From assembly GCA_049322215.1 (NCBI GenBank), contig JBMORU010000001.1, positions 65,357 through 129,356 on the forward strand: a stretch of DNA of 64,000 bases, read 5' to 3'. The translations under genes were made by a program, and so were the position numbers. This stretch comes from Patescibacteria group bacterium. GTDB taxonomy: Bacteria > Patescibacteriota > WWE3 > UBA101185 > UBA10185. Under the pieces are notes generated by a model, which was not told the origin of the DNA, did no database searches, and worked only from the letters and a program-made list of their open reading frames with translations. Positions 23,812 through 33,775 of the stretch are shown here, piece by piece (the first letter of the stretch is position 1; each line of letters opens with the position of its first letter).

Positions 23812-24354
23812 CTAATTGCTATTACTAAAAGTAGCAGACTTATAAAAACTTGAAGCAACTTTTTCAATAGGCACTATAACAGCCTCTGCAGAATAAGATC
23901 CCTCAGCTAGTGTATAAACCTCAGACTCGGGAAAACTACCCAAATCTAATACCGCAAGGTGATTATTTGATAAAGGCGTTTTAACGTAAAACTTCATATA
24001 TTTATAACCGTTCCAGGTTGGTGATGTTTCTACTAAAATTTGATGTAAATCAGATTTATCACCACTTACACTTCCCCAACGTTTACCTGACGTTAAACTT
24101 TTAGTGCAGATTTCTTTTTCTTCACATAAATATTCAACTAATTCCCATGGGGAATTTTTGGACATTATAGAAACACTAAACCCGGGTTTTGCGTAAGGAT
24201 CTTTAATGGTGGAGGTTCCTTTTACATCGGTTGAGGACGCTAAATTAACATCGTTATTTGCTATCCAAAATACAACGGGCAGTACTAACACTAATGTAAC
24301 TATTAAAACTACAGGCAGAGCGAATCCTTTTTGCATTGTTACTATTAAACACAT
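23812..24354 (-). CDS. Type IV pilin-like / pseudopilin-like protein (180 aa)
   Basis: N-terminus MQKGFALPVVLIVTLVLVLPVVFW resembles a prepilin leader (KG|F + hydrophobic helix) but lacks Glu at +5. Confidence 0.5.
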   Translation of the reverse strand: MCLIVTMQKGFALPVVLIVTLVLVLPVVFWIANNDVNLASSTDVKGTSTIKDPYAKPGFSVSIMSKNSPWELVEYLCEEKEICTKSLTSGKRWGSVSGDKSDLHQILVETSPTWNGYKYMKFYVKTPLSNNHLAVLDLGSFPESEVYTLAEGSYSAEAVIVPIEKVASSFYKSATFSNSN

Positions 24355-24597
24355 GAAATTAAAAACACGTCAAGAACTAAAACGGTTATTTTATATTATT
24401 ATCACGCACTAAAACAAAAAACCCCAAGATTAACCAAACTTTTACTCAACCATTGATTTGTCCTGCATTTAAAGGAAATCTCTTTTTTCTTAAGAATGTG
24501 AGTACAAAAGTTAGACAAAATTTTTTAACAAATATCCTTCAAAAAGATCCTCGTAGGGTAATTAGCTAAAAATAACATTAAAAGCTATAATAACAGC

Positions 24598-25743
24598 ATG
24601 AAACAACCAAAAGTATGCTTAGTTCATGATTATTTAGTTCAATATGGTGGTGCAGAAAAAACTCTTGAGGCTTTTTTGGAGATTTTTCCACAAGCAGACA
24701 TATTTACAAGTACATACAAAGCCGTGGCTATGTCTTCTATAATAAACAAAAGCAAAGTTGTAACAATAGGAAATACAACTAACAAGTTAAAAACAAAAAT
24801 CCCCATACTCTCAAAATATCTAACTTTTTTAAATCCAATAGGATTTGAGAATTTTGACTTAAGTAACTACGATATTGTAGTTTCAGACAGTAGTTCATAT
24901 GCCAAGGGTGTTATAACAAAACCAGAACAACTGCATATAAGCTACATACACACACCCCCCAGATTTTTATATAAGTATTCTGTTGAAAGTACAAAAAGAG
25001 ACAACTGGTACTATAAACCAATTGTGAAGTATATTGATCACTACTTAAGAATTTGGGACTTTCTTGCCGCACAAAGAGCTGACTATATAGTATGCAATTC
25101 TTATGAGGTTAAAAAAAGAATAGCTAAATTTTATAAACGCGATGCAACTGTAATATATCCTCCTGTAGAAGTAGAAAAGGCAGCCAAAAAACATGAATTT
25201 GATAACCTAGAAGAACCATTTTATTTAACTGTAGGCCGATTATCGGCATATAAAAATGTGGATATGCTTGTAGAAGCATTTAATTTACTTGGGATAAGAC
25301 TAAAGGTTGTGGGTACAGGTTCGGAGGAAAAGAGATTAAAAAAAATGGCTAAACCAAATGTTGCAATTTTAGGAAAAGTATCTGAAAAAGAAAAACACAG
25401 ATTATTGGCACAATGCAAAGGGTTTTTATTTCCTGTAGTAGAAGAAGACTTTGGAATTGGTGTAATAGAAGCTATGGCGCACGGAAAACCAATACTAGCA
25501 CACAAATCTGGAGGTCCCCTAGAAACAATAAGAGATGGTATAGATGGTATGTTTTTTGATTCTATAAAAATAGAGCATTTTATGAATCAGGTGAAAAAGT
25601 TTGACGAAAACATAAGGCAAAATAAGTATGATTCAGAAAAAATAAAAGCGCATGCAATGCATTTCAACAAAAACAGGTTTAAGCAAGAATTTGAAGAGTT
25701 TGTAAAAGAAAAATGGGAAGGAAAAAATAGCCCTGAGAAATAA
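24598..25743 (+). CDS. Glycosyltransferase family 4 (GT-B, retaining)
   Basis: 381 aa. C-terminal EDFGIGVIEAMAHGKPILAHKSGGPLETI matches the GT4 E-x7-E region. Confidence 0.8.
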   Translation: MKQPKVCLVHDYLVQYGGAEKTLEAFLEIFPQADIFTSTYKAVAMSSIINKSKVVTIGNTTNKLKTKIPILSKYLTFLNPIGFENFDLSNYDIVVSDSSSYAKGVITKPEQLHISYIHTPPRFLYKYSVESTKRDNWYYKPIVKYIDHYLRIWDFLAAQRADYIVCNSYEVKKRIAKFYKRDATVIYPPVEVEKAAKKHEFDNLEEPFYLTVGRLSAYKNVDMLVEAFNLLGIRLKVVGTGSEEKRLKKMAKPNVAILGKVSEKEKHRLLAQCKGFLFPVVEEDFGIGVIEAMAHGKPILAHKSGGPLETIRDGIDGMFFDSIKIEHFMNQVKKFDENIRQNKYDSEKIKAHAMHFNKNRFKQEFEEFVKEKWEGKNSPEK

Positions 25744-25794
25744 GTGTAATTTACACGTTACTTCTGCAGAGCCTTATTTGGCTAAATAATTGTG

Positions 25795-26154
25795 CTAAGG
25801 TTTTCCTTCTGGTACCACAAAAATTTGCCACTCTATTAAACGTGTGTAGTAGCTTGCGCTGCCGTCGGGAATTGTTTCCTTTTTGACGAATACTTCGAGC
25901 GTATAGGCTCTAAAGCTTTTTTCAGCACCAAATTCTACAATGTTGTGACGAATTCCCACACCCACCAGCTGTCCAGCAGTCCAAAAAGTGCTGTGATTAG
26001 CGTCTTTTTGAACATTGCCGGTAAAACCAATGGCCATAAGTGCTATTAGTAAAAGCACTAGTATTGTGACCAAAACTTTTTGAGCAGACGAGCTTAGTTT
26101 GTACATTTCTGCTCCTTTAGCTTGAAAACTTGCGACGCCGTTTTGTGTCTGCAA
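25795..26154 (-). CDS. hypothetical membrane-anchored protein
   Basis: ORF with one TM segment. It probably starts at the internal Met (MYKLSS, about 26106) to avoid overlap with the upstream gene. Confidence 0.4.
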   Translation of the reverse strand: MQTQNGVASFQAKGAEMYKLSSSAQKVLVTILVLLLIALMAIGFTGNVQKDANHSTFWTAGQLVGVGIRHNIVEFGAEKSFRAYTLEVFVKKETIPDGSASYYTRLIEWQIFVVPEGKP

Positions 26155-26413
26155 AGTAATTCCAAATTCGCGCCATCAGCAAAATTGGCTGATAATACAA
26201 GGGCAAACGAATTTGATCAGGATAAAATCGCAGGTGGTCACTACTATCTCCGTTTACAGCAACCCAAGCCATTTTGTTACCCAATAAAGGAAACGACTCC
26301 ATTAAACTCCCCTCAAAAGGATAAGATAAATCGTTATAACCATAATCGGGAACTAATATAGACTTGATCACTGTTACGTTAGTACCAACAGGTAATTCCA
26401 ATAAAATTCTCAT
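26117..26413 (-). CDS. hypothetical protein (98 aa)
   Basis: ORF only. No family recognised. Confidence 0.35.
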   Translation of the reverse strand: MRILLELPVGTNVTVIKSILVPDYGYNDLSYPFEGSLMESFPLLGNKMAWVAVNGDSSDHLRFYPDQIRLPLYYQPILLMARIWNYFADTKRRRKFSS

Positions 26414-26490
26414 TTGAACTTAACCTCCATCAAGAATGTGTAGGTTATTATACTATAGGTTTGAACTGGGGTAAATGATAAAATAAAGCG

Positions 26491-27333
26491 ATGCCAGAAC
26501 TACCCGAAGTACACACAATTACTAACGATATTAAACCCTTTGTAAAAGGAGCAACTATTACAAATGTTAAGCTTGTAAATGGGTACATACCCTATCCCGA
26601 TTCTGAAACATTTGTTACTACGCTTAAAGGTAAAAAAATACTTAAGGCAGATAGAATTGCAAAAAACATATTGCTAGAAATTGAAGATGAGTACTTTGTA
26701 ACAATACACTTAGCAATGACTGGGCGCGCTTTATTAAGAAGAAAAAACTTTCTACAAGATAAATGGGAACGCATAATTTTTGAATTAAAAAACAAAGATA
26801 AAAACTTAGAATTACGCTTTTGCGATATGCGTATGTTTGGCAAAGTGAAATTGTTGGATAAACTCGAACTAAATGAGCTGAAAAACAAATACGGACCAGA
26901 ACCAATTGACGAAAATTTGACCCCGGAAGAGTTTTTAGAACAAATAAAAAGTAAGCAAACCAGTATAAAAAATGTACTTTTAGATCAGGCCAAAGTTGCG
27001 GGACTCGGTAATGTGTATGCGACGGAGGCACTTTGGATGTCTAAAATTCACCCAGAAACATCCACCAAAAACATTACATTAAAAGAGGCTACAGCTTTAC
27101 TCAAAGCTTCTCGTGAAATTTTAAACGAAGGTATAAAAAATAGAGGTATATCAATGAGTGACTATGTAGATGCTTTTGGGAAAAAAGGAAATCAACAAAA
27201 CTTTTTTAGAATATATCAAAAAGATATATGCTCCGAATGTAAAACAAATGTAGAATTTAAAAAAATAAACGGACGAGGAACATACTTTTGCCCCACCTGC
27301 CAATCTAAAGATGGTAAAAACAGATTAATTTAA
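26491..27333 (+). CDS. mutM: Formamidopyrimidine-DNA glycosylase (Fpg/MutM)
   Basis: 280 aa. N-terminal MPELPEV (Pro2 and Glu3 catalytic), H2TH region and a C-terminal CxxC...CxxC zinc finger. Confidence 0.85.
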   Translation: MPELPEVHTITNDIKPFVKGATITNVKLVNGYIPYPDSETFVTTLKGKKILKADRIAKNILLEIEDEYFVTIHLAMTGRALLRRKNFLQDKWERIIFELKNKDKNLELRFCDMRMFGKVKLLDKLELNELKNKYGPEPIDENLTPEEFLEQIKSKQTSIKNVLLDQAKVAGLGNVYATEALWMSKIHPETSTKNITLKEATALLKASREILNEGIKNRGISMSDYVDAFGKKGNQQNFFRIYQKDICSECKTNVEFKKINGRGTYFCPTCQSKDGKNRLI

Positions 27334-27335
27334 AT

Positions 27336-28397
27336 ATGCAAATTCACAACCTTAAACTTAAAAATTTCAGAAACCACGAAAACCTTGAACTAAGCTTTAA
27401 TGGAAAATCTCAAATCATAATAGGACAAAACGGAATCGGAAAAAGCAACATACTTGAGGCTATTTACTTAGTGGCCACAACTAAGTCGTTAAGAGCAGAA
27501 TACGATAGAGATATGATTAACCACAACAATGACTTTGCAATAGTTGAGGTAAGCGTAACAAACCATGAAGATAACAAACTAGAGGTGATTTTAACAAAAA
27601 GCGAAAAGTTTCAAAATGCTGCAAGCAAAAAAGTTAAACTAAACGGTGTAAGCAAAAAATTACGAGATTTTGCTGAGCACTTCAACAGTGTGCTGTTTTC
27701 TCCCCCTGATATTGAGCTATTTACGGGAACACCCTCAAACAGGAGAAAATACCTAGACCTGGTTTTGTCTCAAATAGATGTTGAATATAAAAGAGCTTTA
27801 GCCGATTACACAAAAGCAGTAAAACAAAGAAACAAAATTTTAGAGCTAATAAGTGAATTTGGACGCGGCGAGGATCAGTTAGAGTTTTGGACAAAAAAAA
27901 CAGTAACTACGGGCACCTATATTCAAAAAAAACGTACCGAATATTTTAATTTTTTAGCCGTCAAAGTGCAAAACCATGGTAAAGAACTAAACAGTGAAAC
28001 CTCAAATCACGAGGTGATATACGATATTAGCCAAATATCTGAAGAAATCTTAAGCAAATACGCTCAAAAAGAAATTTACGCAAAAAGAACATTAATTGGC
28101 CCGCATAGGGATGACTTTAGAATTATTTTAAACAACTACAATATTGCCAAATTTGGTTCTAGGGGTCAGCAACGTGCTGCCTTACTGGCCTTAAAAATTT
28201 CCGAAATGGATTTTATAAACGAGGCTACAGGCATGCGGCCTGTTTTGCTTTTAGACGACATATTCTCCGAACTTGATTACAAACATAAACAAGCGGTATT
28301 TAAAGTAATTCCTTTACAACAAACCATTATTACAAGTGCAGAACCAATTGACCTGGAAGAATTCTCATCACAAGAAATGAGCGTTATCAACCTTTAG
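27336..28397 (+). CDS. recF: DNA replication/repair protein RecF
   Basis: 353 aa. Walker A GQNGIGKSNILEAI and a C-terminal LLLDDIFSELD signature/Walker B region. Start is 3 nt after the mutM stop. Confidence 0.85.
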   Translation: MQIHNLKLKNFRNHENLELSFNGKSQIIIGQNGIGKSNILEAIYLVATTKSLRAEYDRDMINHNNDFAIVEVSVTNHEDNKLEVILTKSEKFQNAASKKVKLNGVSKKLRDFAEHFNSVLFSPPDIELFTGTPSNRRKYLDLVLSQIDVEYKRALADYTKAVKQRNKILELISEFGRGEDQLEFWTKKTVTTGTYIQKKRTEYFNFLAVKVQNHGKELNSETSNHEVIYDISQISEEILSKYAQKEIYAKRTLIGPHRDDFRIILNNYNIAKFGSRGQQRAALLALKISEMDFINEATGMRPVLLLDDIFSELDYKHKQAVFKVIPLQQTIITSAEPIDLEEFSSQEMSVINL

Positions 28398-28436
28398 CTT
28401 TGTTATACTTGCAAAAAATGAAATAAGGAGACGAAA

Positions 28437-28805
28437 ATGACACTAATATCAAAAGGCTTTGCAGCAGTAGTTAAAAAAGGACAAACGAGTCCCGTAATTA
28501 AGCTGGCATTGATTCTTTTTGCAGTTTGGGTTTCACTAACAAACATAAATGAAAACTATTGGTTTATTGTTTTTGGAAGTTCCAGTGCGGGTTTGCTTAT
28601 TGCAGGCTTATGGAATTTAAAAAAAACTAAAGAACAAAAAACAGAGATTGACTCAGTACTATCCTGGTTAATTGCTCTCTCAATACTAACTCAGGGAGTT
28701 GCTATGTTAGTTACTGGGATGGCTTATAAAAGTACAGAACACGTTTTAGCCGGAATATCCCTTATTATATGGGTAAGCCTAGAAATCTTTAACTTAAAGC
28801 AATAG
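28437..28805 (+). CDS. hypothetical membrane protein (122 aa)
   Basis: ORF with 4 hydrophobic segments. Confidence 0.45.
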   Translation: MTLISKGFAAVVKKGQTSPVIKLALILFAVWVSLTNINENYWFIVFGSSSAGLLIAGLWNLKKTKEQKTEIDSVLSWLIALSILTQGVAMLVTGMAYKSTEHVLAGISLIIWVSLEIFNLKQ

Positions 28806-28906
28806 TAGCAAATACGCCATAAGTGATAAAAACTTTATTACTTATGGTTTTTTTTATTTCAACTTTGCGGGAAATATGCGAGAATTACTTATAAAAGGCT
28901 TTAACC

Positions 28907-29896
28907 ATGCTTATACCTGAATACTCAGTTACAACCGAAATACTTAAAAATATATCTGCTATTGAGTATGGCAGAGGTATTATAGAAAACACAACAATAT
29001 TGCCCAGTTGGGATAGACAGCTTAAAAGAGAAGCACTAATAAAAGACACCTTTAATATACTTTCGTTAGGCGGGCACAGTATTTTAAAAGAAATTATTAA
29101 AAAAGCAGTAGATGAAGTTTCGGAAAGAACACCAAAAGAAATTAGTAATTACCTAAATGCAAAAGAAGAACTTACACAACTGGCAAGCTTTAGAGATTTT
29201 GAAGAACAAGACATAAAAAAACTCCATACTATAGCCTCTACACAAGCACTAAACAAAAAAGGTAGATATAGAGGAATCGAGCTTACATACGGTACCAAAC
29301 CTCAAGAAATTCTTGCTGAAATGGTAGAACTTATGGATTGGTATCATAGTATTGATGCAAAAGACACGCATCCTGTGCTAACCGCCGGAATAATGCACGG
29401 ATACATTGAGCACATAGTACCCTTTGAAAGTTCTAACCGTGTAATAGCTAACTTAACGGCTTTGCTTATATTAAAATCCCATAATTATCATATTAGTGAA
29501 TACTTTTGTTTGTCAGAATTTTATAACCAAGATTTAAAAAGCTACGATTTTGCTATTAACTCAATAGATAAAAACGAGGAAGACTTAACTAAGTGGCTGG
29601 AGTACTTTACAAGAGGCATGGCAAACGAAATAAGTACTTTAACTGACAAAGTACTACTTTTAGCAAAAGATACTAAAATTGCACAAGCCTCAGGAAAAGC
29701 AGAACTCAGCCGCAGACAAGAAAAAATAGTTCTTTACTTACAAGATTATGGAAGAATACAAAACGTTGATTTTGAAAAATTGTTTCCACACTTATCAGAA
29801 GATACCGTACTAAGAGATTTAAAAACACTTATTGATAAAGGAATTGTGGAAAAAAAGGGTAAAACAAAATCTTCAAGGTATGAGCTCAAAAAATAA
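28907..29896 (+). CDS. Fic/DOC family protein with a degenerate Fic motif and a C-terminal winged-helix domain
   Basis: 329 aa. HIVPFESSNRVIANL occupies the place of HPFx[DE]GNGRxxR, with an insertion and G-to-S changes. The C-terminal about 70 aa look like a wHTH. Confidence 0.6.
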   Translation: MLIPEYSVTTEILKNISAIEYGRGIIENTTILPSWDRQLKREALIKDTFNILSLGGHSILKEIIKKAVDEVSERTPKEISNYLNAKEELTQLASFRDFEEQDIKKLHTIASTQALNKKGRYRGIELTYGTKPQEILAEMVELMDWYHSIDAKDTHPVLTAGIMHGYIEHIVPFESSNRVIANLTALLILKSHNYHISEYFCLSEFYNQDLKSYDFAINSIDKNEEDLTKWLEYFTRGMANEISTLTDKVLLLAKDTKIAQASGKAELSRRQEKIVLYLQDYGRIQNVDFEKLFPHLSEDTVLRDLKTLIDKGIVEKKGKTKSSRYELKK

Positions 29897-29987
29897 TCCT
29901 ATAATGTTTATTTTCCTTACTTTTTGTGTTAAAAATTAATTCCTCAAATAAAGATACAAATTAACATGGTTTGAAAAAGGAGAAAAC

Positions 29988-30197
29988 ATGTATAACGTAA
30001 ATGATCAAACACATTGTTTTATGAAAACAAACAGATGGGAGTTTGTAGAAAATGTTCCTGATGATAATGTACATACCGCACGCAGAAAGCTTGAAACAGC
30101 AGAAACCGAAGGCGGGAGTACTGCAGCAGCCTACAACGAAGCAGGCGAACTAATGCCGGGATACACCGCAATTTGGAAGAGAGCAAGAAAAAGGTAA
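29988..30197 (+). CDS. small hypothetical protein (69 aa), GC-richer
   Basis: ORF only, with an atypical composition. Confidence 0.3.
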   Translation: MYNVNDQTHCFMKTNRWEFVENVPDDNVHTARRKLETAETEGGSTAAAYNEAGELMPGYTAIWKRARKR

Positions 30198-30224
30198 AAA
30201 TAACTGCCTAAGTTAACGCACAGT

Positions 30225-30262
30225 GCTCGCATTTTTGAAGCCAAAATTCAAAAAATGCGAGC
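30225..30262 (+). terminator. Near-perfect 15-16 bp hairpin (terminator-like or regulatory) just upstream of the DNA ligase gene
   Basis: GCTCGCATTTTTGAA-gccaaaa-TTCAAAAAATGCGAGC, followed by an AT-rich tract. Confidence 0.35.
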
Positions 30263-30279
30263 ATTACTTTAATTAAACC

Positions 30280-32061
30280 TTGTATAATGCCCCCATGAAG
30301 ATTTCAAAATTCGCAGAATACCTTTTAAAACTAGAAGAAACATCAAAAAGACTTGAAATTACTGAAATATTAAAAAAACTTTTAGAAGAACTTGATCCAA
30401 ACGAAACAAGAAACGCAATAAATTTAACTTTAGGCCAATTAAAAGCTCCCTTCGACTCTGAACGCTTCAACATAGCAGAAAAAATGATGATGAGAATAAT
30501 TGAAAACTCTTACGAAACTAAGTCGGAAAAAATTAAAGAGCTATACAAAAATACAGGAGACTTAGGTAGTGTTGCTTTTGAACTTTCAGAAAATCATAAA
30601 ATAGCAAATATAGAACTAAACGAGGTATATGAAAAATTGCTAGAAATTGCAAAATTCGAAGGAACAGGTTCTCAAGAAAAAAAAGTATCCCATTTATCTG
30701 CCCTGCTAACTAAAGTTGACGGATTATCGGCAAAATTCATTATAAGAATGGTTTTAGGTACAACCAGACTAGGTTTTACAGCTTTAACTATAGTAGATGC
30801 CCTATCTAGCTTAGCTGCAGGAGATAAATCGCTAAAAAAGAAAATTGAAGGCAAATATAATGTACACCCTGATATTGCTTTAATTGCTGAACTAATTAAA
30901 AAAGAGGGGATAAAAGGGATTAATAGCATTGCAATGGAACCAGGAGTACCTTTATTGCCACAAAAACCACAAAGAATTGGTTCTCCAGAAGAAATCATTG
31001 AAAAAATGGGTGGTGAAGTTTGGGCGGAGTTTAAATTTGATGGGACAAGAGTGCAACTTCATTTAGATAGAAGTAAAAAAGTGTCCTCAACAGCACTCGA
31101 CTTATTTAATAGCGTAAGTGATACAACTTTTATAAAAACATTTACAAGAAATTTAGACGAAACCACGCATCAGTTTCCAGATATTATTGAAGCAGCAAAT
31201 AAGTTTATTAAAGCAGACTCAGTAATACTTGATGGGGAAGCAATTGGTTTTGATAAAAACACAGGTGAGTTTTTAAATTTTCAGGAAACCATACAAAGAA
31301 AAAGAAAACACGATATAAAATATATAGCTAAGCAAATACCCCTTAAATATCTTGTTTTCGATATTCTTTACCTTAACGGTAAATCGCTTTTAGACACTCC
31401 TCTAGTACAAAGGAGAGCACGAATTAACGAAATTATAAAAGAAAACGAAATTATAGAAATAGACAAGCACTTAACTACGGATGATCCGAAAAAACTGGGA
31501 AATTTTTTTAATGAAGCAAAAGAAAAAAGTTTAGAGGGCCTTGTAGTTAAAAATCCAAACACTGGCTACCAAGCAGGGGCAAGATCTTTTGCGTGGGTAA
31601 AACTAAAGAGATTAGAAGAAAGCAACCTAGATGACACAATAGATTGTGTTGTACTCGGCTATTACAATGGAAAAGGAGCACGCGCAGATTTTGGTATAGG
31701 CGGATTCTTAGTAGGTGTTTATGACAAAAAAAATGAAATCTTTAAAACAGTTTCAAAAATTGGAACAGGGTTGAAAGACGAAGATTGGGTTTATTTAAAA
31801 AAAGAATGCGACAAAATTAAAATAAGTAATGCCCCAGCTAATGTTGAATTTCCAAAAGAACTTGAGCCTGACGTATGGACCTCACCAAAAATTGTTGTAG
31901 TTATAAGAGCCGATGAAATATCAAAATCATCACAACATACAGCAGAATATGCACTAAGGTTTCCACGGTTAATGGAGTTTCGTAAAGATAAAGCACCTGA
32001 AGATGTGACTACTGTGGAAGAAATAAAAAGTTTATATAAAATCCAAACAGAAAAAAAGTAA
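30280..32061 (+). CDS. lig: ATP-dependent DNA ligase (Lig1/archaeal-eukaryal type)
   Basis: 593 aa. Adenylation motif I AEFKFDGTRVQ (KxDG) and OB/ligase motifs further downstream. It may start at the internal MKISKF. Confidence 0.85.
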   Translation: MYNAPMKISKFAEYLLKLEETSKRLEITEILKKLLEELDPNETRNAINLTLGQLKAPFDSERFNIAEKMMMRIIENSYETKSEKIKELYKNTGDLGSVAFELSENHKIANIELNEVYEKLLEIAKFEGTGSQEKKVSHLSALLTKVDGLSAKFIIRMVLGTTRLGFTALTIVDALSSLAAGDKSLKKKIEGKYNVHPDIALIAELIKKEGIKGINSIAMEPGVPLLPQKPQRIGSPEEIIEKMGGEVWAEFKFDGTRVQLHLDRSKKVSSTALDLFNSVSDTTFIKTFTRNLDETTHQFPDIIEAANKFIKADSVILDGEAIGFDKNTGEFLNFQETIQRKRKHDIKYIAKQIPLKYLVFDILYLNGKSLLDTPLVQRRARINEIIKENEIIEIDKHLTTDDPKKLGNFFNEAKEKSLEGLVVKNPNTGYQAGARSFAWVKLKRLEESNLDDTIDCVVLGYYNGKGARADFGIGGFLVGVYDKKNEIFKTVSKIGTGLKDEDWVYLKKECDKIKISNAPANVEFPKELEPDVWTSPKIVVVIRADEISKSSQHTAEYALRFPRLMEFRKDKAPEDVTTVEEIKSLYKIQTEKK

Positions 32062-32065
32062 AAAA

Positions 32066-32108
32066 AGCCTTTGATTAATGAAGTAAAATATCACTAATCA
32101 AAGGCCTA
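32066..32108. terminator. Bidirectional hairpin between convergent genes (ligase / M15 peptidase)
   Basis: GCCTTTGATTAATGA...TCACTAATCAAAGGC inverted repeat with one mismatch. Confidence 0.35.
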
Positions 32109-32221
32109 ATGCTATGAGGCTTTCACTACAATGTAGACACTGTAACGAAAAGTCAAAGCTATGTAACGCTTGAGTAAAACGTTAGGGTATATTTTGAATG
32201 TACTCAACTTTAGCCTCTCCC

Positions 32222-33217
32222 TTATTGCCCACTAACGCAGAAAGGCGTGTATTGTAGCCCATTTTGCGCGTACAGCCATTCGGTAAAAGACAACTGTGCA
32301 TTTTGCTCTTGTGCTTGTTTAAAGGCTTGAGCGTTTTCAGTGCCAATCCAGCGCCAATGCCAAGTTTCTGCATTTACGCCAGTTTTGCACTCATCACCCA
32401 TAGGATAAGGCATTACAAACCCAAACAAATGAGCATTGCTCTGCAAAAAATTTCCGGCAGGGCTTTGCGCAAAATCATTGGTCCAACCCGCAGCACCATT
32501 AAAATCTTCAATGCAAACGCCACTACTACAGTAGTTTGTAGTGAAATCTAACGCCAAACCAGTATGGTGCTCGGTATGCCCTGGACGCAGCGAGTATTCA
32601 TCTGCCAATGGATCTAGTCCAAGCCAGTACTCGTAAGCTGTTCTCTGACGTTCAACCCCACGGCAAGCTGTGCGCAAAGCCAGGTCAATTCCTTGTTCCT
32701 TGGCAGCGGTTACCAGCGCAGTCAAATCGGGAAGCATATCGCTTACAATATACTGTGCATCCAAAACCTCGCGAATACCTGTAGCAGATGCAGGCTGTAA
32801 ATGCGCTGCAACCGACAGGTCACCGTCAGGACATTGAATTTGCTCAGGAGTTAAACGATAATGTCGATCAACAACAATCAAACGAAAGTCGTTTACATAA
32901 ACCGAGTCCTGCACAGCATCAGGGTAACGCGCCCATTCTGTAAGTGTGGGTGCTGTGATGCTGTCTACCGTAGATGAAGTATCTGCAGGCAACTCATTAG
33001 TGCTATTTTCTGCAGAAATACTGTCACCTTCAACAACAAGGGTTGGTGTAGCAATGGCAAGGGTTTTTTTACTTTCTCCCATAGGTGCAACTAAAGTTTC
33101 CTCTTCACTTCCTGGAAACTCAGGCGCCGATAGAGAAGATAAAACAAAGCGTCCCACTAAAACCACGACTACAATGCCCACTAAAATCGCGACATGTTTT
33201 GCTTTCAAGTATTTCAC
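32222..33217 (-). CDS. Membrane-anchored D-alanyl-D-alanine carboxypeptidase-like zinc peptidase (M15/VanY, LAS superfamily), GC-richer
   Basis: 331 aa. N-terminal TM, S/T/E-rich linker, then PGHTEHHTGLALDF (H-x6-D metal site) and a later H. Confidence 0.6.
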   Translation of the reverse strand: MKYLKAKHVAILVGIVVVVLVGRFVLSSLSAPEFPGSEEETLVAPMGESKKTLAIATPTLVVEGDSISAENSTNELPADTSSTVDSITAPTLTEWARYPDAVQDSVYVNDFRLIVVDRHYRLTPEQIQCPDGDLSVAAHLQPASATGIREVLDAQYIVSDMLPDLTALVTAAKEQGIDLALRTACRGVERQRTAYEYWLGLDPLADEYSLRPGHTEHHTGLALDFTTNYCSSGVCIEDFNGAAGWTNDFAQSPAGNFLQSNAHLFGFVMPYPMGDECKTGVNAETWHWRWIGTENAQAFKQAQEQNAQLSFTEWLYAQNGLQYTPFCVSGQ

Positions 33218-33320
33218 TTGTCACACTCCTTATGTTCAATATTTATTAGAGATTTGAGCAATTATACGGTAACTTAAGCTTAATTTCAACACTATAGGTC
33301 TAGTTGATAGAATCCCCCAC

Positions 33321-33755
33321 TTGCAAACAAATGTAAAAAAAGCGTATTATTTACACATGGATAATGAAACAAACAATACTGCCGAGATAGTAAATACAAA
33401 ATCAACCATAGAAACAAACAAACCATATAAAATGGATCAAAACATGGAGGCCGCTTTTGCATACATACTTACTCCAATAACGGGCTTTGTTGTATACCAT
33501 TTCGAAAAAGAAAATAAGTTCATTAGATTTCACGCAATGCAATCAATTGTATTTGGCATAGCTTCAGTAATAGCATTAACAATTGCAGATGCTTTAGTAG
33601 CTGTATTCATTGGGATAATACTGTCACCAATTGTTACCATGGTAGTTTTCGGCCTTTGGCTCTTTTTAATGTGGAAAGCTTACAATAACGAGGAATTTGA
33701 ATTGCCGTTTTTAGGTCAAATTGTTCGCGACATATTAAAACCAAAAAGCAAGTAA
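33321..33755 (+). CDS. hypothetical membrane protein (144 aa)
   Basis: ORF with 3 hydrophobic segments. Confidence 0.45.
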   Translation: MQTNVKKAYYLHMDNETNNTAEIVNTKSTIETNKPYKMDQNMEAAFAYILTPITGFVVYHFEKENKFIRFHAMQSIVFGIASVIALTIADALVAVFIGIILSPIVTMVVFGLWLFLMWKAYNNEEFELPFLGQIVRDILKPKSK

Positions 33756-33775
33756 TCTTTGCTACTATATAAAAT

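Noticed and set aside
26592-27031. Two minus-strand ORFs (98 aa and 129 aa) inside mutM
   Set aside because: Antisense to the conserved Fpg gene. Low-complexity Phe/Ser/Leu-rich translation.
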